From positions 1,681-65,680 of the IMG/VR virus record IMGVR_UViG_3300009183_000091: a stretch of DNA of 64,000 bases; one strand, given 5' to 3'. The notes under the pieces were generated by a model. The model was not told the origin of the DNA, did not search any database, and saw only the letters and a list, made by a program, of their open reading frames with translations. A program made the position numbers and the translations under genes. Within the stretch, counting starts at the first letter, position 1. Each line of letters opens with the position of its first letter. Positions 57,356 through 64,000 of this stretch are shown piece by piece. Origin of the DNA: a virus (taxonomy: Duplodnaviria > Caudoviricetes).

Positions 57356-59401
57356 TATCTTTAGAATCTTACCTGTCGCCTTATCAACTCTTGCCTTCTT
57401 CATTCTGTAATTCGTTTCTTTCGATTGGACAAATCGTATCTCAACATTAGTTATCCCACCTTCAGTTTTTATATTCTCAGGCTCATACCTGGCGTGAGCA
57501 ATACTATTTATGTAAGCAAAGGTTATAGCGAATATAGCATCATCATAATCATATCGTGGATCAGCTGCCTGATACCTCGTTTGCCTATGACTTGTCTGGC
57601 TCTTTAAATCTTTCTCCACAAAAGTCTTCAACTGCTCCCACAACCAAGGAATATCAATGTTATTACTATACGCCTCAAGCATCTCTTCCAGCTTAGCCAT
57701 AATCCTAGGTGCTGTATTAGCCTTATTCGATATACCAAACCATTTACCACCATGCGTATGGAAATATTCTGGCAACTGAGCGTTAGCAGTAAACTTAGTC
57801 TTGAATCCATGCATCTCCTGAAAGTCAATATGCATATCCCCAATGTTATTCTCTACTAATTCCTTAACGCCACCTCTTCCTATCTGATCATAGTACAAAC
57901 TCTGCAACAGAACCTGTAGATACGTCTGCTTAAACTTCCTATCTCTGTGGAAGACTACGGATGATACAGCATTCGTCAATGAATCCCATATAGCACTACA
58001 CATCATAGAGTGTCCTGTCTCAGAGTTGATGGGGTCAGTCCCTTGATACCACCTATTCTTCCATTTCTCCCCTGCTGGAGGGTGATGAATGATAACAGCA
58101 GATGTAGATACGTCCTCCCTTGCTCCTGTTGACACCCATTTAGCTCCTATAATCTTAAATTCAGTCAATAAATCAGGTGTTGGCCTACTTAAATCTAGTA
58201 TAGGCTCAAAATAACCGTATTCTAACGGCTTATCCATACCATAAATATCATTTAATCGCTGATTACAGGTATGAATAGGCACTAAAGTACGTGATTTACG
58301 TAGGAACATGTCATCTATCGTGATAGGATAATGCTGATGAAACTGAACCTTCGCTACATCCCCCTTTTTTGTCCCTTCAAGTGCTAAATAAGCCTTTCTC
58401 TCATTATTAATGTGAGCATCATTAACGCCTCGCCTTGCGTAAGCATTAAAGAATAGAGGTATAATACCATAGTCATAGTTTTTTTCTTTCCATTGTTTAA
58501 GACACATCTTAAATTCAGACTCAAATACAGAGCCTCCTTTATCCATCTCTCCTCCTGTACCCCATGCTAAGAACTGTTGCTGCATAGTCATTTTCTTAGT
58601 CTCAGGATTGTACTTAAATAAGGCTGGTCTACCTTCCCTCATCATCTCACCAAATATCTCAAATAAACCAATCTCATCAATGAATACCGCTGATGGAGAT
58701 CCACCATTTATAGCATCTACAGCTGGAGTATCTACCTGGAAGCGTGATGCACCCCCATCCTCTCGACCTTTCTTGTCTCCTTTCTTATCGAATGACATTA
58801 CCTGGTCTGTCCAGTTCTTTACTTCTTGAGCGATAACATCAGGTAGCTTAGTGTATGTCCACTTCACCTTATCTCTAAATATCTCCACGCCCTTATCTTT
58901 GGAGTGTGTAACAAATTTAATGAAATATGATTTATTGAAGTTTACACGCTTCATTCCTGCTAGACACATCGTAGTGGTAAAACCAATCTGTCGTGCTTTA
59001 CCGATCATTAGTGAATAACCACAGTCGAATAAGAATAGTAATACTTTCTGAGCGTCCCAGGCTTGATATAATAGCATACCATTCTCAGACCTATCTTCTT
59101 TGATATATCCGTACTTATTACAGAAGAATAGCGTATTATCCTTACATCGCTGTATCTCTCGTAGCAACCATTCTATCTGGTCGTCTTCTGTATCATAGTC
59201 TAGTATATCGGAATCATCCTGAAGCCATAGGTCAGCTTGCCTACAGTATATCTCAAATGGCTCGTGATAAATTTTATTCTGCCATCCACTATTGATTGAA
59301 TTGATCCAATCTACAAATGGTTTTGGGTACTCAAATTCTGCGTGTGAAGGTTTCCATTCATCTGTGCGAATATCGAGTATCTCTTTATTTCTTTTACTCA
59401 T
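57347..59401 (-). CDS. terL: terminase large subunit
   Basis: KARQIGFTT Walker A, VFIDEIG Walker B, WGTGG, GTDP, ENN, YDDAIFA. Confidence 0.95.
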   Translation of the reverse strand: MSKRNKEILDIRTDEWKPSHAEFEYPKPFVDWINSINSGWQNKIYHEPFEIYCRQADLWLQDDSDILDYDTEDDQIEWLLREIQRCKDNTLFFCNKYGYIKEDRSENGMLLYQAWDAQKVLLFLFDCGYSLMIGKARQIGFTTTMCLAGMKRVNFNKSYFIKFVTHSKDKGVEIFRDKVKWTYTKLPDVIAQEVKNWTDQVMSFDKKGDKKGREDGGASRFQVDTPAVDAINGGSPSAVFIDEIGLFEIFGEMMREGRPALFKYNPETKKMTMQQQFLAWGTGGEMDKGGSVFESEFKMCLKQWKEKNYDYGIIPLFFNAYARRGVNDAHINNERKAYLALEGTKKGDVAKVQFHQHYPITIDDMFLRKSRTLVPIHTCNQRLNDIYGMDKPLEYGYFEPILDLSRPTPDLLTEFKIIGAKWVSTGAREDVSTSAVIIHHPPAGEKWKNRWYQGTDPINSETGHSMMCSAIWDSLTNAVSSVVFHRDRKFKQTYLQVLLQSLYYDQIGRGGVKELVENNIGDMHIDFQEMHGFKTKFTANAQLPEYFHTHGGKWFGISNKANTAPRIMAKLEEMLEAYSNNIDIPWLWEQLKTFVEKDLKSQTSHRQTRYQAADPRYDYDDAIFAITFAYINSIAHARYEPENIKTEGGITNVEIRFVQSKETNYRMKKARVDKATGKILKILD

Positions 59402-59467
59402 GTCACAAATTTAGCAAATATTCGGGACAAAAGAAAAGCCCACCGTATTTAGTGAGCTTAATTGATA

Positions 59468-59632
59468 TTAATATCCTTTATCTCTTGTGTATGCTTCCGA
59501 TTGCTTAGCTGCTATGTCATCAGAAGTATAATAGCCTGTATCAGACTTCTTTTTATTCTTCTTCATCTTGTCGTACTTATCGTAAGCCTTTTTAATTAGC
59601 TTAGGATCTATGCCTGAAGTTTTATTCAACAT
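59468..59632 (-). CDS. 54-aa Lys-rich protein (not in ORF track)
   Basis: MLNKTSGIDPKLIKKAYDK...; TAATG coupling; followed by a terminator-like hairpin at about 59430-59460. Confidence 0.6.
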   Translation of the reverse strand: MLNKTSGIDPKLIKKAYDKYDKMKKNKKKSDTGYYTSDDIAAKQSEAYTRDKGY

Positions 59633-59883
59633 TAGTTTATTTTTGTATCTCTTATCTTTCTTGATACAATATTTCCAGCTTGATTGTATCGTTCTTTTTC
59701 TACACGTTTTCCTCCTCCAGGCATACTGTAAACTTCTTTTACTTTTTTACCTCCTTTAGATTCAATACGTTTTCCTTCAACTTCTTTACCATCAAACTCA
59801 GAAGAAATAGTAGATACATTTCTGCCTGTAGCTTTGTTATAAGCATTAGCTACTAATTCTTTTAATTTTTTAGGTTTATCCAT
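59632..59883 (-). CDS. small Lys-rich protein
   Basis: 83 aa, TAATG-coupled on both sides. Confidence 0.65.
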   Translation of the reverse strand: MDKPKKLKELVANAYNKATGRNVSTISSEFDGKEVEGKRIESKGGKKVKEVYSMPGGGKRVEKERYNQAGNIVSRKIRDTKIN

Positions 59884-60050
59884 TATTTTTTCTTTTTAAA
59901 CCTAGACATAAAGTCTTCTTTCTTCTCTTTTTTCTTAGACTCACCTTTCTCGTGTTTAGCCTCAGCTTTCTTAGAAGAGTACTTTTCTTCAGCCATTGTT
60001 CCAGGATATTCTGTAACCATCATAGCTTTTTTTAACGCATTTCTTTTCAT
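59883..60050 (-). CDS. 55-aa Lys-rich protein (not in ORF track)
   Basis: MKRNALKKAM..HEKGESKKKEKKE; TAATG coupling. Confidence 0.65.
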   Translation of the reverse strand: MKRNALKKAMMVTEYPGTMAEEKYSSKKAEAKHEKGESKKKEKKEDFMSRFKKKK

Positions 60051-60199
60051 TAGTACTTACAGTATTTAGTAGATGAGTTTTCTTTTTGAAGTTTAAATGG
60101 CCCTGGCTTTGAATTAGATTCAGTACCTACTGAGCTATTACCTTTGTCTCCTTTACTCTTAGTGTAGAAAACTTGTTTTGTGTTTTTTCCTGTTTCCAT
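60050..60199 (-). CDS. 49-aa Lys/Ser-rich protein (not in ORF track)
   Basis: METGKNTK...KYCKY; TAATG coupling. Confidence 0.6.
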   Translation of the reverse strand: METGKNTKQVFYTKSKGDKGNSSVGTESNSKPGPFKLQKENSSTKYCKY

Positions 60200-60369
60200 T
60201 AGTTTGAAAATTTAGATTTTGAATTTACATGTGTTAATTTAATCTTAGGCTTATCAATATTCATATCTTGCTTAAAATCAGGTTGAGCAGCAGGCCTTCC
60301 CTCTACTCTTCCTTTGTCTGTATAGCTTCCGTTCTTATCTGGGTTAGAAGCCCAATATTTATCTTTCAT
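60199..60369 (-). CDS. 56-aa basic protein (not in ORF track)
   Basis: MKDKYWASNPDK...; TAATG coupling. Confidence 0.6.
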   Translation of the reverse strand: MKDKYWASNPDKNGSYTDKGRVEGRPAAQPDFKQDMNIDKPKIKLTHVNSKSKFSN

Positions 60370-60373
60370 AAGA

Positions 60374-60721
60374 TTATTTATTTTTTTTAGCTTTAGCTAC
60401 TTCTTTCTCGTAAGCAGATCTTTGACTAGTCATACTATTATACCCAGAATTGCTACCTCTTCTTCCTGAATCAAAAGCTCCATGAGGATTCGCTACATCA
60501 GAACTCTTATAATCTTGACCATAAGTCAATTCATAAGCCTTATTTAAAAGAGGTTTATTAGCCGTAGCCTTACCAGCTTTATAAGGTGTATTAGCGGATG
60601 TATCAGCAGCAGTAGCTCCTTTAGTTTTCATATAAGATTGAAAAGGAGTATTAGGTGGATCTTTTTTAATTGTTTTAGCTTTGTTAATTGCTGCGCTTAA
60701 TGCTTTTTTTAAGTTTGCCAT
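60374..60721 (-). CDS. basic low-complexity protein (start moved to MANLKKA)
   Basis: TATCTTTG promoter at 60736-60743 lies just upstream of ATG 60721. Confidence 0.65.
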   Translation of the reverse strand: MANLKKALSAAINKAKTIKKDPPNTPFQSYMKTKGATAADTSANTPYKAGKATANKPLLNKAYELTYGQDYKSSDVANPHGAFDSGRRGSNSGYNSMTSQRSAYEKEVAKAKKNK

Positions 60722-60763
60722 AAGATTATTTTTGTCAAAGATATAAAAAATATAATAACACAA

Positions 60764-60940
60764 TTATCTACCAAGAGTGAAAAAATTTACCGCAACATCA
60801 TACGCCTGGTGTAGTAATTTTATATGATGCTCCTCTTTATCCTTATCATCAAATACTATCCTAACAGATGCCTGCTTCTTAACCATTAAGAACATCTCAA
60901 CGACATTACACATCTCTTCTATCTGCGGATTGATTCTCAT
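60764..60940 (-). CDS. 58-aa hypothetical protein (not in ORF track)
   Basis: MRINPQIEEMC...; ATGA overlap with the phosphoesterase stop. Confidence 0.55.
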   Translation of the reverse strand: MRINPQIEEMCNVVEMFLMVKKQASVRIVFDDKDKEEHHIKLLHQAYDVAVNFFTLGR

Positions 60941-61815
60941 AACGGAAATTTAGTACTATCTATTTGTTTCACTAATATATCAGAATCATCTTTACGTATT
61001 CTTTTATGACTTATAGTAAGTATTCTTCCTCCTACAGGTTTAGGTGGCGCACCTCTCTCAACATGCCATCCTTTGCTACCATCCTCATACTCCTCCTTAT
61101 ACGTTCCAGTAATCATAAGATGCATTTCCTTTAATACATTTTTAAATCCTGTCTTAGGCGAACAAACTACAGTATCTCTAACATCATTACGACAACTATT
61201 CTCGTGTATATGTCCCATAGAGAATACATCAAATCCTTCATACATTTCTAATGCCCTAGTAAGGTTTAATGCTCCTTTAGTTACTACACCACCGCCTCCT
61301 GATCCATGGAAGTACTTTAGTTTTGTAGAAGAGTAAGTTGCCCCACGAGCAAGTACATTAAAATTAATCCATCCACCATAGCCTCCTGTATATACATTGG
61401 ACTTACATTTATAGTTAAGCAAGTCTACAAATCGTTGTAGTATATCTGTCTCCTGCCACTTGATAATTGCTGTTTCATGATTACCATATCCTATAACAGT
61501 CATAAGATGTGCGTATGGAGTAAACCATTCTACAGCTGTCTCAACTATGCTATCTAGGTATTTAGCGTTGTTATGCTCTGGGCGAATATCAGACTTATTC
61601 TTTCTTCGATCTCCCTGCCCCTGCATTAAACAAAAAAAGTCCCCATTGAAAACAATAGGGATATTCTCTGATACGCAATAATCTAAATTTCTTTTAAGCA
61701 AGTCCCAATCGCACTTAGGATTATCCCAATGTATATCCGACAGCATAGCTATCTTCACATCCATACCCTCTAACTTTATCTCGTGGATATTCTTAGTGTG
61801 TTTAATTACGTTCAT
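60937..61815 (-). CDS. calcineurin-like metallophosphoesterase
   Basis: SDIH, NGD, GNHE, FHG, GHIH motifs. Confidence 0.9.
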   Translation of the reverse strand: MNVIKHTKNIHEIKLEGMDVKIAMLSDIHWDNPKCDWDLLKRNLDYCVSENIPIVFNGDFFCLMQGQGDRRKNKSDIRPEHNNAKYLDSIVETAVEWFTPYAHLMTVIGYGNHETAIIKWQETDILQRFVDLLNYKCKSNVYTGGYGGWINFNVLARGATYSSTKLKYFHGSGGGGVVTKGALNLTRALEMYEGFDVFSMGHIHENSCRNDVRDTVVCSPKTGFKNVLKEMHLMITGTYKEEYEDGSKGWHVERGAPPKPVGGRILTISHKRIRKDDSDILVKQIDSTKFPL

Positions 61816-62342
61816 ATAATTTCTTTTAAGTCGATTCCTCTTTTCGGGAACTCTGATTCATACTTCTTCACTGCGAGAAATAAACTTTTAATTGACCCTC
61901 TGTAGAAATAAACTGGATTAACCATGTATGTTCTTTTGTTTCTTTTTACTGTGAATCGAATAACATCCTTTTCGCATAAAATCTTTAATGATTTAATAAT
62001 GAATTTCATGTTAGTGCCTAATGATCCATGTAAATCTCTTATAGTCCAATCCTTTATTTTATTATCGTACCCCATGTTCTTTGCGAAGAGCAATGTGAGT
62101 TTGTTTGTGGATTTGCTTAGAGTTTCCATTACGTCAAGCCCTTCGGCAAAAGTAATGAAATATCTCATGCGCTTTCTTTTAAGAAGTTGTTTAAGGACTT
62201 CCTGTACTTCTGGGGAGTACGCTTCTGCCAATGGAACTATCTCGCCAGTGTGATCCTTGTAGTATAGCTCCAGGTCTTTTTGTTTAAGGAAGCTAATCTT
62301 ATCAGCCTCCATTAGTATCATGTCGTATAGTATGCTACTCAT
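61812..62342 (-). CDS. RepL-like winged-HTH protein
   Basis: HTH followed by YMVNPVYFYRG. Confidence 0.7.
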   Translation of the reverse strand: MSSILYDMILMEADKISFLKQKDLELYYKDHTGEIVPLAEAYSPEVQEVLKQLLKRKRMRYFITFAEGLDVMETLSKSTNKLTLLFAKNMGYDNKIKDWTIRDLHGSLGTNMKFIIKSLKILCEKDVIRFTVKRNKRTYMVNPVYFYRGSIKSLFLAVKKYESEFPKRGIDLKEII

Positions 62343-62550
62343 ATTTCTTTAGTTCTTGTTTAACTTCTTCATAGTATTCTATTTCATTTCTATTCTGCCA
62401 GCTATGAAATTTAAGAGCTTCTATTGTATTTTTTACATCTGATAAAGCACACTTAGATGCCTCGTACTCAGATATAGTATTCTCTAATAGCATACTGAAT
62501 AGAACGTAGTAATCATTTACTAACTCCTTTGCTTTATCCTTCGGACTCAT
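62335..62550 (-). CDS. small MxPxEKA-family protein
   Basis: MSPKDKAKELV...YYEEVKQEL. Confidence 0.65.
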   Translation of the reverse strand: MSPKDKAKELVNDYYVLFSMLLENTISEYEASKCALSDVKNTIEALKFHSWQNRNEIEYYEEVKQELKKYE

Positions 62551-62849
62551 TTCTTTCTATTATTAATTATTGATTCTACATTTAGCTTAACCTTCTTGAG
62601 ATAGGATATACTTTCCTTATGCTTGACATGCTCATAGAAGATAAGCCCATTCAATGCTCTCTCGAACTCCTCTATATTCATGCTACCCTTCAACTTGTTA
62701 CAGTCTCCGCAGGCAGGCATCTTGTTATTGTTACTTAACTTCCCTCCTCTACTCTTAGGATAAAGGTGATCTACAGTTCTACTATATTCATCTAATGATT
62801 GTTTACAGTAAACGCAGACGGATAAGTCCACCCCTGCTTTAGTTATCAT
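62547..62849 (-). CDS. HNH endonuclease (McrA-like, Zn-binding)
   Basis: CVYC..TVDHLYPKSRGG..N..ACGDCN..KG. Confidence 0.9.
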   Translation of the reverse strand: MITKAGVDLSVCVYCKQSLDEYSRTVDHLYPKSRGGKLSNNNKMPACGDCNKLKGSMNIEEFERALNGLIFYEHVKHKESISYLKKVKLNVESIINNRKK

Positions 62850-63079
62850 AGCTTAAAGTTTATTTCCTTAGCTAGTTCTGATATAAACTCACTACTACTA
62901 TCTCCTTCCAGCCCTGCCTCTATATTCACTCCATCACTTAACCCATCAATGTATGCTTCTAAAGCTACATCTACTACTAGCTTCTTCATCTCATCACTCA
63001 GAGAAGCTATCATCTTATAATCAATTAGTCTTTCCATATTTATTTTTCTAAAGTTAATCTCCATTCTACAATTTGACAA
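62846..63079 (-). CDS. hypothetical protein
   Basis: ORF coupled to the HNH gene; true start uncertain. Confidence 0.55.
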   Translation of the reverse strand: MSNCRMEINFRKINMERLIDYKMIASLSDEMKKLVVDVALEAYIDGLSDGVNIEAGLEGDSSSEFISELAKEINFKL

Positions 63080-63536
63080 TATTTACATTTTTTTGGGACA
63101 AGCAATTTTTTATCTATAAGCTTATATGAATCATTAAATATATCCCAACTATGAGTATGGTTTTTATATAAAAATTTTATAAACCAATCTGCTATTCTTC
63201 TCTTCATAAACCAAAGCTAATAACTATAAATTTAATTACCAAACTATTTAAGAATAATTAACTGTGGCACAGTAGTTGATAACCGCCCTCTTCCTTTTTA
63301 CCTAAAATAAGCATACTTTGTTATTCTAAATAGCCAACAGTTTGTTGGCCAAAAGGACACCACTTAAAACACTGACACTTAAAGACTTAGCACTTTCTTC
63401 CTTTTATAGTTTATTACCTATAATCTAATTGTAATGATACGATGCCAATCAGCACCCCTAAGAAGCACTCTGCATACTATATTATTCTTTGTAGAAGAAA
63501 GTGCCTTATAATGCATATTATACTATTTTTTTAAAG

Positions 63537-63563
63537 AGTTGTTTAAGTTGTTTAAGTTGTTTA
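63537..63563. repeat. 9-bp tandem repeat
   Basis: (AGTTGTTTA)x3, with a fourth copy at 63591-63599. Confidence 0.8.
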
Positions 63564-64000
63564 AGGATTAGTGTATTATATCGCTCTATTAGTTGTTTAG
63601 ATGAGATCTGTGCGACTATAAGTACCTATCCTAGTACTACTATCCCTCCCCTCTTTTAAATCGCTTAGAAGGGCTTATATGGAATGCTTGTCTGTCTGGC
63701 CGATTTTATTTGTCCAGTATTTTGCGCTAAAAACTTGACATACATACCCCTCTATACGTTATCACATATAACTTGGGCGATTTCCACCTATCTATATTCT
63801 ATTGCATATAATTACATCCCTATTAACCCTATGTGGCAAATATTACCCCCTATCCTTTATCGTAATGTAAAATACTATTTCCAATAAGCTGTTGTTTTGT
63901 AAAAAGTAAATACGTTAGAAAAAAGAATACGTGTCTACAGAAGTCTTATACGCGTGTACCTATCCCCTCCCATTCTCAAAAGGAAAAGCGCAAATCTAAA

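Noticed and set aside
2621-62253. Short ORFs antisense to or nested in longer genes (e.g. 2621, 5188, 5596, 9853, 10046, 17889, 20284, 29473, 37474, 49332, 56059, 58608, 61924)
   Set aside because: Shadow frames of well-supported genes or RNAs, with no start context or motifs
63684-63887. 67-aa ORF in the right-end region
   Set aside because: Atypical composition, no A-rich start context, overlaps repeat boxes
1-64000. Stop-codon reassignment
   Set aside because: Long genes are intact in the standard code, and TAG ends several well-bounded genes (e.g. 4447, 9626, 45354)
1-64000. Integrated prophage
   Set aside because: No integrase, att-like junction or host genes in the window; lifestyle remains undetermined

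Overview
AT-rich dsDNA tailed-phage sequence, probably most of one genome, with Bacteroidota (Flavobacteria-like) TAnnTTTG promoters and A-rich, Shine-Dalgarno-free start regions. Layout: (1) 1-17230, + strand: early genes, then a host-dependent replication/recombination module (DUF6291-like initiator, Sak/Rad52 annealase, DnaA-C-like HTH, DnaB, SSB, nucleases, MazG-like enzymes). (2) 17260-55139 and 57347-63079, mostly - strand: lysis cassette, tail/lectin proteins, large probable ejection proteins with a ferritin gene between two of them, and a crAss-like/podovirus head-tail block, terminase and a cluster of small basic proteins. (3) 55520-57355: a + strand island with small RNAs, tRNA-like elements and a PD-(D/E)XK nuclease. 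(4) a roughly 0.9 kb non-coding right end. I saw no DNA polymerase, RNA polymerase, integrase, reverse transcriptase or CRISPR array. Strongest new observations: a promoter/terminator-bounded RNA of about 75 nt (55530-55605) complementary to a motif (AACAAAGTAA..ATGAA) shared by the start regions of at least seven early genes, i.e. a candidate multi-target antisense switch; and two copies of one kissing-loop/terminator leader RNA with different but self-matched loop sequences (5614-5733 and 44809-44907). All protein calls come from motifs read by eye; no database search was run.
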